A program made the translations under genes and the position numbers. A stretch of 64,000 bases of DNA from NCBI GenBank assembly GCA_016718825.1, contig JADKCL010000004.1, positions 91,277-155,276 of the forward strand, in the 5' to 3' direction. This document shows positions 49,430 to 59,156 of the stretch, piece after piece; the stretch's first letter is position 1; each line of letters opens with the position of its first letter. The notes under the pieces are model-generated. The model saw only the letters and a program-made list of their open reading frames with translations, was not told where the DNA came from and ran no database searches. This DNA comes from Bacteroidota bacterium. GTDB lineage: Bacteria; Bacteroidota; Bacteroidia; J057; JADKCL01.

Positions 49430-50941
49430 ATGAATATGCACCAAGATCCTCCCAAAATTTCGACGTTTGGCGCGCTCAAGGCCGCCGGCTACCGCTCACG
49501 GTCCATCAAAGATGAGCTCCGCGACAACCTGATTGTCAAGCTCAAAGCGGGCGAAGAAGTCTTTCCCGGCGTTTACGGCTACGAAGACACCGTCATTCCC
49601 GACGTCGAACGCGCCATTTTGAGCCGCCACAACATGATCCTGCTGGGCCTTCGGGGTCAAGCCAAAACCCGCCTTGCCCGCCAAATGGTGGCTTTGTTGG
49701 ACGAATGGATTCCAGTTGTGTATGGTTCTGAATTGCAAGACGATCCATTTGCACCGTTAAGCCGCGGCGCGGTCGAACTGCTCGCCCAACACGGCGACGA
49801 TACCCGCATCGGTTGGCTGCACCGCAGCGAACGCTACGCCGAAAAACTCGCCACACCTGACGTTTCCGTCGCTGACTTGATTGGCGACCTCGACCCGATC
49901 AAGGCAGCCAACCTCCGCCTGAGCTATGCCGATGAAAAGGTCATTCACTTTGGCCTGATTCCCCGCAGCAACCGCAGCATCTTCGTGATCAACGAATTGC
50001 CTGACTTGCAGGCCCGCATCCAAGTCGCCTTGTTCAACATCTTGCAGGAAGGCGACATTCAAATCCGCGGCTTCAAGTTGCGTTTGCCACTCGACATTCA
50101 GTTTGTATTCACGGCAAATCCAGAGGACTACACCAACCGTGGCAGCATCGTGACGCCCCTCAAGGACCGCATCGAAAGCCAAATCCTGACGCATTACCCC
50201 AAAACCCTGGAAATCGGCCAAAAAATCACGCAGCAAGAGGCGCATGTCGCCGCCGATGCCAAGGAAAGGGTGCATCTGCATCCCGTTTTGGGCCGCTTGG
50301 TCGAGCAGATCGCCATCGAGGCCCGCGGCAGCGAATTCGTAGATCAAAAAAGCGGGGTTTCCGCTCGTCTCACCATTTCCGCCTTGGAAAACCTCGTGAG
50401 CGCCGCCGAAAGACGTTGCCTTCGTACGCACTCAGCAGACGTTCATGCGCGCGTCAGCGACCTTTGGGGCGTGATTCCAGCCATCACAGGCAAAATCGAA
50501 TTGGTCTATGAAGGCGAACAGGAAGGTCCGGCCATCGTCGCCCAAAATCTGATCGGCAAGGCGATTCGTTCGCAGTTTGTCGAATATTTCCCAAATCCCG
50601 AGGATTTGCGCAAAAACAGCAAGGAGAATCCCTACGAGGCCGTGATCCGATGGTTTGGTGCGGGCAACAAGTTGGACATGTTGCTTGACCTGGGTGATGC
50701 CGAGTACGCCGCCACCCTCCAAAAGGTTCCGGGCCTTGAAGCCATCGTGACAAAGTATCAAGCTGATGCACAAGGACTTGAAAAGCTGTTTCTGATGGAG
50801 TTTGTCTTGCATGGCTTGGCGGAGTTTTCCCTGATCGGCAAAACTCGGCTCGAAAAGGGTTTGGTCTTCCAAGATCTGATGAGCGGTCTGCTCAGTGGGG
50901 GATTTGGATCTGCTGACGAAGACGAAGAAGAGGATTATTGA
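49430..50941 (+). CDS. Mg-chelatase-like AAA+ ATPase
   Basis: LLGLRGQAKTR Walker A variant, EKLATPDVSVADLIGD, INELPDL, TANPEDYTNRG. Confidence 0.9.
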   Translation: MNMHQDPPKISTFGALKAAGYRSRSIKDELRDNLIVKLKAGEEVFPGVYGYEDTVIPDVERAILSRHNMILLGLRGQAKTRLARQMVALLDEWIPVVYGSELQDDPFAPLSRGAVELLAQHGDDTRIGWLHRSERYAEKLATPDVSVADLIGDLDPIKAANLRLSYADEKVIHFGLIPRSNRSIFVINELPDLQARIQVALFNILQEGDIQIRGFKLRLPLDIQFVFTANPEDYTNRGSIVTPLKDRIESQILTHYPKTLEIGQKITQQEAHVAADAKERVHLHPVLGRLVEQIAIEARGSEFVDQKSGVSARLTISALENLVSAAERRCLRTHSADVHARVSDLWGVIPAITGKIELVYEGEQEGPAIVAQNLIGKAIRSQFVEYFPNPEDLRKNSKENPYEAVIRWFGAGNKLDMLLDLGDAEYAATLQKVPGLEAIVTKYQADAQGLEKLFLMEFVLHGLAEFSLIGKTRLEKGLVFQDLMSGLLSGGFGSADEDEEEDY

Positions 50942-51153
50942 GATTGGCTTGGTTTCATACGCCTAATTTTCCGCGAGGGATTGCAATGCCTTCCTCCGAG
51001 GGAAAATGTCGTTGCCTTCCTCCTAGCCAATTCAAGAAAATCTTGGATCTTAAAATTGTGATTCCCAAGAAAATAAATTAGCTTCATTCCCCAATAGCAT
51101 CGGGGAAATCCCGTCGGTAAGTGCTATTTCCGGGGTGTCTAAATCGTATTAGG

Positions 51154-52710
51154 ATGAAGCAGAAAATTACACTTTTGGCCGCTTTTGCTTTGGTGTTGGT
51201 TGGATTTGGGACGTTACAATCACAAAACGTCGGCATTGGGGTGGCAATCCCACTTGAAAAATTGCATGTTGCAGGTAACGTTCGAGTCAATAACCTCGCA
51301 GGTGTTGGCACCCGCATGGTGGGTTCCGATGCAACGGGTACCCTGGTTAACATCGCAGCGGGAACCAACGGTCAAGTCCTGACCCAAACTGGAGGAGGTC
51401 CAGCCTGGCAACCCATCACCGCTTGGCTTACGACGGGAAATGCAGGTCTCAACGGTGGCACCACGGTCGCCGCAGGAACAAATTTCCTTGGAACGACGGA
51501 CAATCAGAATCTTGATTTTCGTACCAATAACACCTTCCGGGGGCGAGTCAGTAACCTCGGCGAATTTTTCATCGGCACGCTGAATACCGTTCTGACAGGT
51601 GACTTGATGAATGGGGTCGGCAACGTGACCTTTCCATGGGCTGTCAATGGCTATACGGCATTCGACGGAGCAGGTACGTACGGACAAGTTACCGCAGGAA
51701 CCACGATTTTTGCTGGTGTTCAAGGCGAATACAATGGCACCAATGCCCAAGGCGCTGGTGTGCGCGGGATAGCATTGACGGGGACCGCAGGTACTGCATT
51801 TACAACGCCGCATACGGGTGTAAGCGGAAATGCTACCACTGCAGGTACCTACAAATTTGGCACCTACGGCTCAGGGGGAACAACTACGCGTTCAGGAGGT
51901 GTATTGGGCAATGACTATGGACTTGCGATGGGCGCTTTGGGCTACTATGCCTTCAACGGCCTTGATTATGGAGTCTATGGCTTTGGTCAGGCGCATGCCA
52001 CTGGACTCGGAACCGGTCGCAGTTCCGGCAGCACACCCATCACGATTGGCATGGATCAACCCAACACAATGGTCGGCCTCGGTGTTTACGGCGGCGTTAT
52101 GGGCGGATGGGTCAAGGGCATGAAATATGGCATGCATGTCAATGGCGAGCGCACGAGCTTGTATGTCGATGGCAAGACTTTCACCAATGAGCCGATTGCG
52201 CAGCTCGTGGCCAAGGACGATGGCAGTCGCGTGAGCACGTATGTGCCTTCTTCTGCGACAGCGGACGTGTATGCGCGTGGCAAATCCAAAATGGCAGCAG
52301 GAGAGATTTATATCAGCTTTGATAACGATTTCAAGCAGATCATCGGTGACCCTATGAGCTTGACGATCACCGTGACGCCTGCCGGCAATTCGAATGGTGT
52401 TTACGTCTCGGCCATCGATGCCAATGGCTTCTGGGTCAAAGAAAATAACAATGGCACCTCCAATGTCGATCTTTCATGGATCGCGATGGGCGTGCGCAAG
52501 GGCAGCGAAAACATCGTGACCTCGCCTGAAATTCTCGAGGCTGACTACGACCGCCACATGCACGATGTGATGCGCAACGAAAACTCCAACGAACAAGGCG
52601 GATCACTTTGGTGGGATGGAACGCAGGTACGTTTCGACGCGCCGCCCGTGAAGAAGGCAAGCGATGACTGGAAAACAATCGCTCGGCCGTCGGCTGCAAC
52701 AACACGTTGA
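51154..52710 (+). CDS. secreted tail-fibre-like protein (NVGIG N-module, Gly-rich shaft, C-terminal domain)
   Basis: SQNVGIGVAIPLEKLHVAG, GTNGQVLTQ, NFLGTTDNQ.L.FRTNN, repeated GV.G units, DVYARG, ITVTP. Confidence 0.8.
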   Translation: MKQKITLLAAFALVLVGFGTLQSQNVGIGVAIPLEKLHVAGNVRVNNLAGVGTRMVGSDATGTLVNIAAGTNGQVLTQTGGGPAWQPITAWLTTGNAGLNGGTTVAAGTNFLGTTDNQNLDFRTNNTFRGRVSNLGEFFIGTLNTVLTGDLMNGVGNVTFPWAVNGYTAFDGAGTYGQVTAGTTIFAGVQGEYNGTNAQGAGVRGIALTGTAGTAFTTPHTGVSGNATTAGTYKFGTYGSGGTTTRSGGVLGNDYGLAMGALGYYAFNGLDYGVYGFGQAHATGLGTGRSSGSTPITIGMDQPNTMVGLGVYGGVMGGWVKGMKYGMHVNGERTSLYVDGKTFTNEPIAQLVAKDDGSRVSTYVPSSATADVYARGKSKMAAGEIYISFDNDFKQIIGDPMSLTITVTPAGNSNGVYVSAIDANGFWVKENNNGTSNVDLSWIAMGVRKGSENIVTSPEILEADYDRHMHDVMRNENSNEQGGSLWWDGTQVRFDAPPVKKASDDWKTIARPSAATTR

Positions 52711-52863
52711 CCCACCCATCAGGCGGCAGCGACGCCATTTTGTGATTCACCGTTCATCAACGTTGCCCGTACTTCACCGTTTCGGGAAACTTGACCTTTT
52801 GCCATCTCCATTGGGACTTTTTTAGAAGCCCAATTCACTCAAGAAAATCAAATTAAGGAAATT

Positions 52864-53556
52864 ATGATCTACAAAATCGCCCGGAATCTATTTGCGCTTG
52901 CCACTTTTGCGCTGATTGGCATATCCATGATTTATTCCCAAAACGTCGGAATAGGTGTCCCAGCGCCTTTGGAGAAGTTGCATGTGGCCGGAAACGCCCG
53001 TGTCAACAATCTCGCTGGAATTGGGACACGGGTCGTAGGCTCGGATGTCAATGGGACATTGGTGAACATCGCACCCGGAACCAACGGACAGGTATTGACT
53101 CAGACAGTGGGCGGACCGGCGTGGCAAAATGCAGGTGCCCTGAACGTGAGCTCAACGTCCCTGACTACGGATTACACCGTGACCTCGGCGGGATGGACCA
53201 ACGTCGCCCCCATGTCGGTCACCTTCACAGCAACCAAGAACACAGCCCTTTTGATATTTTCGGCCTCCGGATTTGCTTATACCAACTCGATGGCCTTTGT
53301 GCAGTTTCGGGTACGAAACGGCGCCACCAGTCTCGGAGGCACCAACACACTTACCCAAAACTATGACGACGTCACGGGCACGGTCACACCTTGGAGTTGT
53401 ACATTCACCAAGAATATCTCCGGACTCACGGTCGGAAATTCCTACACTTTCCAACTTCAAGCGCAACGAAATGGCATTCTCGGAACCTATGACACCGTGA
53501 TTCAAGCTGCGACCAACCCCGATACTCATCACATGACGCTCACCGTAATCCAATGA
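52864..53556 (+). CDS. secreted short fibre-like protein with the same N-module and a beta-sandwich head
   Basis: SQNVGIGVPAPLEKLHVAG...GTNGQVLTQTVGGPAWQ; C-terminal strands SVTFTAT, GLTVGNSYTFQLQ. Confidence 0.8.
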   Translation: MIYKIARNLFALATFALIGISMIYSQNVGIGVPAPLEKLHVAGNARVNNLAGIGTRVVGSDVNGTLVNIAPGTNGQVLTQTVGGPAWQNAGALNVSSTSLTTDYTVTSAGWTNVAPMSVTFTATKNTALLIFSASGFAYTNSMAFVQFRVRNGATSLGGTNTLTQNYDDVTGTVTPWSCTFTKNISGLTVGNSYTFQLQAQRNGILGTYDTVIQAATNPDTHHMTLTVIQ

Positions 53557-53837
53557 AGAAGAATATCAGTTTCATCGTTTCGCTAGGCCTTTGTTTCGGT
53601 TGCGGCTATGCGCAATCGATCGAACCCAACCTTCCTCAATTGGGGGAAATGGGGACTACCACCCCTGCAGTCGTCAAACCCACTGCGGTGGACAGGCAGG
53701 TGGCGCAGCCAACATTGGGAAATGCCGCTCAATCCCAAAAAATCAAACAATTGCCCACGCCGACGCCTGATGGAAATCAACGCAACAAAGCACCGCAGTT
53801 GATGGAAAGTAGCCCGGCCAAGGCACCGGAAAACTGA
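53553..53837 (+). CDS. small secreted Pro/Gln/Thr-rich protein
   Basis: Signal peptide (GYAQ); ATGA overlap with the upstream fibre gene. Confidence 0.6.
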   Translation: MKKNISFIVSLGLCFGCGYAQSIEPNLPQLGEMGTTTPAVVKPTAVDRQVAQPTLGNAAQSQKIKQLPTPTPDGNQRNKAPQLMESSPAKAPEN

Positions 53838-53958
53838 TTGAGGCGAAGCGCTTTACGGGGAAATGGTACTTGGTATTCGGCGTAGCGCGAATTGGAGTTA
53901 AGACCGCATTCAAATTCGAAGCGGGCAAATCTCCATTTTTCGCTAATTTGGCGGCTCA

Positions 53959-54528
53959 ATGGATCAACAGCTCCCCAAGACCGATCTCTCCCGCTTCAAC
54001 AACGATTGGTTTGATGAAGGGGCGAGCAAATTCAAATGGCTGTTGTGGTTCATGGCCAACGGACTTTTTGTCAACACGCCCCTCAATCCCTTCAATGCAC
54101 TGAGAATCTTTGTTTTGCGCGCATTTGGCGCCAAGATCGGCAAAGGTGTTATTCTCAAGCACAGGGTCAACGTCAAGTTTCCCTGGAACCTCGAAATTGG
54201 GGATCATTGCTGGATTGGCGAGGCCGTTTGGATCGAAAATCAAGGCAAAGTGACCATTGGCAACAACTGCTGCCTGTCACAAGGTGTGGTGATGATGACC
54301 GGGAACCACAACTACAAAAAGGTCACCTTTGATTTGATCGTGAGGCCGATTGTCCTGGAAGACGGCGTTTGGCTGGGTGCAGGTTCGATGGTGACACAGG
54401 GCGTGACGTGCTTCAGCCATTCGGTGTTGGGAGTCGCGGCTGTGGCGAGTTTCGATCTGGAGCCCTACACCATTTATGCCGGCAACCCTTGCCAAATTTT
54501 ACGCAAACGGGTGATGGAAGCCGAATGA
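53959..54528 (+). CDS. wcaF: WcaF family polysaccharide acetyltransferase
   Basis: DLSRFNNDWF, RAFGAKIG, VNVKFPWNL, TGNHNYK hexapeptide fold. Confidence 0.92.
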   Translation: MDQQLPKTDLSRFNNDWFDEGASKFKWLLWFMANGLFVNTPLNPFNALRIFVLRAFGAKIGKGVILKHRVNVKFPWNLEIGDHCWIGEAVWIENQGKVTIGNNCCLSQGVVMMTGNHNYKKVTFDLIVRPIVLEDGVWLGAGSMVTQGVTCFSHSVLGVAAVASFDLEPYTIYAGNPCQILRKRVMEAE

Positions 54529-55304
54529 AAGTAAGCATCATCACCGTCGTGTACAATGGCGCTGCGACCATCGCCTCGGCGGTGGATTCCGTGGTCGCAC
54601 AGGACCATCCCGACATCGAATACATCGTCATCGACGGCGGCAGCAAGGACAACACCGTCGACATCCTGAAAAGTTATGGCGACAAGATCGCCGTACTTGT
54701 CTCGGAAAAGGACAAAGGCATCTACGATGCGATGAACAAAGGCCTCGCACGCGCCACCGGTGACGTGATCGGCATCCTCAATGCCGATGATTTTTATACC
54801 GATACAGACGTCATTTCCGCCGTTGTCGCCGAACTGACCCGCACCGGCAAAGACAGCATGATCGGCGACCTGATATTCGTGACGCCCGAAAACCTCGACC
54901 ATGTCGTGCGGTTTTACAGTTCGGAGGGTTTTACGCTCCGCAAGTTTGAGCATGGCGACATGCCGCCGCATCCGACCTTTTTTGTGCGGCGCGAAGTTTA
55001 TCAGCGCCTTGGCAATTTTGATACGCAGTACCGCATCACGAGTGACTTTGACCTTATGCTGCGGTTTTTGTACAAAGCCAAAATAAGTTGGTCATATTTG
55101 CCCAAGGTCATGGTCACGATGCGCACGGGCGGATTGACCAACCAAGGCATCAAAAGCAAAATCAAACTCAACCGCGAAATCATCGCGTCGATGCGCAACA
55201 ATGGCTTGCCATCCGGGACTTTCAGGGTGTATTCGAAGTATTTCACCAAGGTTTTTCAGCTCCTGAGACGCCCAAAATCTCTACGCAAGCAGCGCAAAGA
55301 TTGA
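54525..55304 (+). CDS. glycosyltransferase family 2 (WcaE-like)
   Basis: KVSIITVVYN, IDGGSKD, DKGIYDAMNKG, LNADD, PHP. Confidence 0.93.
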   Translation: MKVSIITVVYNGAATIASAVDSVVAQDHPDIEYIVIDGGSKDNTVDILKSYGDKIAVLVSEKDKGIYDAMNKGLARATGDVIGILNADDFYTDTDVISAVVAELTRTGKDSMIGDLIFVTPENLDHVVRFYSSEGFTLRKFEHGDMPPHPTFFVRREVYQRLGNFDTQYRITSDFDLMLRFLYKAKISWSYLPKVMVTMRTGGLTNQGIKSKIKLNREIIASMRNNGLPSGTFRVYSKYFTKVFQLLRRPKSLRKQRKD

Positions 55305-55365
55305 CTTCTCTCATGTATATGCAGGCATTTTTGCCGACATTTGCACCCAACTTTTGGTAGCAGGA

Positions 55366-56676
55366 ATGAAAATCCAGACGATTGGCCATGCTTGCATGGT
55401 GTTGCGGGACGACGATGGGAGCCCGATTCTGATCACCGATCCTTGGTTGGTCGGTTCGGCTTATTGGCGGAGTTGGTGGTTGCAAAACTATCCCAAGGAG
55501 GCGGAATTGGAGGAACTGACCAAAACCCAATACGTTTATCTCACCCACGAGCACGGGGACCATTTCCATCCGGCGAGCATCCGAAGGTTGGGAACAGGGC
55601 CGACTTATGTGGCGCCCGCCTTGCCGCAGGAGCAAATGGCCAAGTATTTGAGCCGCGTCGGTTACAAGACCAAAGTGTTGGAGCCCTTGCAATGGCATCA
55701 GCTTCACCCCAAAGTGAGCGTACTGAGCATTCCGCTACCCAATGACGATTCGGTTTTGCTGCTTGATACGCCCACGGCGTTTATCGTGAACCTCAACGAC
55801 AGCAAGCCGATGAAGTACCAGCTGCGCCGGGTACGCAAGTACATCGATGCCCATGTCGGCTCGAAAAAGGTCATTTTGCTCAGCAGCTATTCGCCGGCAA
55901 GCCCGGTCAATAGCTTTCGCAAGGACAGCAAAGTGGTGAGCATGAAAGACAAACGCGACTACGTCGCACGCTGCTGCGAACTGAGCGAAGTCTTGCGCGC
56001 CGACTTTTTCATGCCATTCGCCAGTCAGATTATTCTTTACCGTCAAGACTCCAAGTGGGCCAATCCCTACCGTGTCAGCACCGACGACCTCCGCGAGAAC
56101 TGGACCGCCAAGGCGACGACGCTTTGCATGCCCTATTCGACCATCGACCTCGACCAATTCACCAACTGGCACGTTGCGGAAAATGAGTATTACCGCGATG
56201 AGGAGATGATTTTGCAGAAGGTCAGTGCCCAGGAAGCCCTGGAAAAGCAGGTGGTATTCAGTGCGCAAGACCGTGAAAACCTTCGCCAAAAACTCCGGTT
56301 TAGCCGCCTGATTTTGCCCATGCTCTTCAGAAAAGGCATCGGATTTCATGTGGACGGGCAGGAATTCACGTTCAAGCCGTGGGGCGGAAAAATGGTCGAA
56401 GGCATTCAGAATCCAAGTTTTTCGTTGATGATGCCGGGCCAAGCGTTGATTGATTGCCACAAAACAGGCCACTTCGCCGATTTGGGCATCACAATGTTCA
56501 CACTGATTATCCTCAACGGCAAGACCAATCCCAAAATGGTCTATCTCTTTTTCCTGCTGATTGGCCTCCATGATTACCACCATTGGTGGAGCTGGGGCAA
56601 TCTCTGGAAATGGTTCCGGACGAGTTTGAGACTGAACAAATGGAAGATTCCGGCGCTTCGTGGGGCGGAAGTTTGA
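55366..56676 (+). CDS. MBL-fold protein resembling the CMP-Neu5Ac hydroxylase (CMAH) beta-lactamase-like domain, without Rieske domain
   Basis: HAC, TDPWLVGSAYWRSWW, YLTHEHGDH, DDS, NLND, MPFA...DS..N. Confidence 0.7.
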   Translation: MKIQTIGHACMVLRDDDGSPILITDPWLVGSAYWRSWWLQNYPKEAELEELTKTQYVYLTHEHGDHFHPASIRRLGTGPTYVAPALPQEQMAKYLSRVGYKTKVLEPLQWHQLHPKVSVLSIPLPNDDSVLLLDTPTAFIVNLNDSKPMKYQLRRVRKYIDAHVGSKKVILLSSYSPASPVNSFRKDSKVVSMKDKRDYVARCCELSEVLRADFFMPFASQIILYRQDSKWANPYRVSTDDLRENWTAKATTLCMPYSTIDLDQFTNWHVAENEYYRDEEMILQKVSAQEALEKQVVFSAQDRENLRQKLRFSRLILPMLFRKGIGFHVDGQEFTFKPWGGKMVEGIQNPSFSLMMPGQALIDCHKTGHFADLGITMFTLIILNGKTNPKMVYLFFLLIGLHDYHHWWSWGNLWKWFRTSLRLNKWKIPALRGAEV

Positions 56677-56749
56677 GGAATGAATTTGCCCTTGTGCAAC
56701 GACTGCACTACCTTCCACCTTTGAAATCAAAAATATCGACGCAGCAAGT

Positions 56750-57100
56750 ATGGCTCAAATAGCAATCACCAACGAAGAAATCAAAGCGCATGCTTTTTTG
56801 GCAGACATGTACGCCAACAATCAGTATCCGAGGCATTTGGTGGACAAGGCAAGAACCATTTTGATGGACCTTTGCGCCAAAATCGAGGCCAAAACGCCGA
56901 AGAAGCTCGAAGATCTCTATGATTTGACGCATCGCGCCACCGACAGCTTCAACGATTTGCAGGATGAATTCAAAGCCAAGAAATCAAAGTATGACAGCGT
57001 CGCAGCCAAGAATATCGGCGAGGACTTTGCCTTCATTGCAAGCACATACGGCTACTTTGAGGCGGATGACGAGGAATTGACCGGGCCGCGGGAGTGGTAA
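56750..57100 (+). CDS. DUF5713 family protein
   Basis: ITNE....AFLADMY...YP.HLVDK...IL..LC..IE; EEL...REW. Confidence 0.8.
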   Translation: MAQIAITNEEIKAHAFLADMYANNQYPRHLVDKARTILMDLCAKIEAKTPKKLEDLYDLTHRATDSFNDLQDEFKAKKSKYDSVAAKNIGEDFAFIASTYGYFEADDEELTGPREW

Positions 57101-57190
57101 AACATTCAGCAAAATCCCGAGCATCAACGACAGAATGCACTTTGCATGCAGAATGCTGAATGGCACCAAGGTCGATTTGGTTGGGATTTC

Positions 57191-58918
57191 CTACTTCACC
57201 TGTTTCACCTCCGGCAAAGCCACTTCTCTGGCGACAGATACTGGCGTTGCCTCCCCTTTCACTTCCTCCGGACGCACTTTGTACCGCTCAAAGATTCCCT
57301 TTTCCTTGGGTTGTCCATACAATTCCGGCTGCAAATACAGGCCCACATCTGAAACTCGTTTGGCAGGTTCGACCGAAATACTTTCGCTGTTTTGCTGTAC
57401 AAAAGCATCGTTGCGGTCGGCATAGACGGTCCAACAAACCTTTGGCCGGGGCCTCCTCCTGCACCTTCGAAGCGGCCTTGGGCATTGATTTCCTCGGCAA
57501 CAAAGACAGCCGCGGCGCTGCCCACAGGCGTCAATTGATAAGAAAAATCCACATTCACGGCCTGAAAATAGCTGGGCAATTGCACCTCAGCGAATCCATT
57601 GGCGTCCAAGACCACCGAACCACGGTAGAGATTGAGCACTTCGGGTGATTCGATCGAATAATGGCGCAGGTATTTGTTTTCAGGATCCAAGGGATGATCG
57701 ATCATAAAGGATTTGACACCCGAAGCGCCGATGTTGCCATTTGCATAGACCCCGTACCAATTGCCTTGACCGACAACGCCGTATCCGTAATTGGGATTGG
57801 GTTGGAAAACACCATAGACGCCCACGCCATCGTAGTTGCCTGCCGGGCCATTGTAAAGGGCTTGGAGAACCGTGTTGCCGGAAGAGGTGCCGGCCGACAA
57901 GAATGCGCCCCCACGGATACCCGCAGATTGCGCCCACAGTGCAGTCGCATTGGAATAGGTGAGAGGTACGAGGCCATTACTAAATTGATTGAAAAATCCC
58001 GTCTGCGTGGTGCTTGTGGCCAAATAGGTGCTCGCTGCGATCGACCTGCCTGCTCCAGCTTGATCCGACAAGAATGCAGCTTGGGTCACCGCAGGATTAA
58101 ATGATTGCAATGAAAGCGAATGGTTCAGTCCATTCTGTAGCACTGCAATCCCTACACCTGTCGAGGCAGCGTCCATGTCCACTTGAATACCGCGATGGGA
58201 AGATGCGCCATTGATATCCAACGAAATGCCGTGCGCCCCTGGACTTGCAACATCCGTCCGCAGGCTTATCGTAGGCACCGTTGCAGAACCATTGTAAGCG
58301 TAAATGGTCGGCGAAGTGCTTGGCCCGGCAGAAAGCGTCAAAAATTCGCCAGCTGATCCAGATGTACCTACCGCCTGCCCCACGACTGCCGATCCGCTCC
58401 CCGAAGTATAGAAAAAACCCTCCATCACCATTACCTGAAGCATAGCCATTGACTGCCCATTGCCCACCTGAGGCATAAGCGGAGAATACATCAGAATTGT
58501 ACGGTCCCGTACCATTCACACAAAGTAGGCCAGAATTTGTGAATCTCGCCCGTTCAAGATTATTGGTGCGAAATGCCAACCCTTGATTGTCGGTTGTACC
58601 GACAAAATTGGTTGCAGGCACCGTGCCCGCGTTGCCCAGCAAACCCCATCCGCTGTCGTCTTGCCAGACGGGACCCGTTGGTCCTTGCACCAAAACCTGA
58701 CCCGGAGTTCCGGCGGTCACTTCAGTCATCGTCCCGTTGGGGTCAATCCCGGCGAGGCGCGTATCCACACCCGCCAAGGCATCCAACCGAATGTTGCCTG
58801 CAACATGGAGTTTCTCCAATGGCGTGGTGGTACCGATGCCTACGTTTTGCGAAAATAGCCTGAAAGGAAACAAGCAAACTAAGCCGAGGAGCAAACAAAG
58901 CGAAAAATGGTGACGCAT
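57191..58918 (-). CDS. secreted tail-fibre-like protein (NVGIG N-module), interrupted by two compensating indels
   Basis: SQNVGIGTTTPLEKLHVAG, NFVGTTDNQ; +1 at A6 58412-17, -1 near 57441-43; restored C-terminus KSFMIDHPLDPENKYLRH...YQLTP...WTVYADRND; total 1728 nt, in frame. Confidence 0.75.
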
Positions 58919-59156
58919 AGCATGTGGGTTGAATCCGTCTCCAATTTGGAAACAGCGCTGCAAGCTCGTACGGGCGTGCGCGTTCCTACAAGAATGGATT
59001 TGTAATCGGTCGGTATGACTTTGTATTTGGATCTGCGCGCACGATCGGTGCGGATCAAGGTCACATTCCCAAACACAAACCCAAATCCCCCAAATGCAAA
59101 TTCAGGCGATAGCCAAATCATCGGTAGGCGCAGCTTTGTCTCGAAAAGCAAGAATT

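Noticed and set aside
57191-58918. Phase variation of the fibre gene by slipped-strand mispairing
   Set aside because: The runs are only 3-6 nt and the same kind of indel occurs in unrelated housekeeping-type genes across the window.
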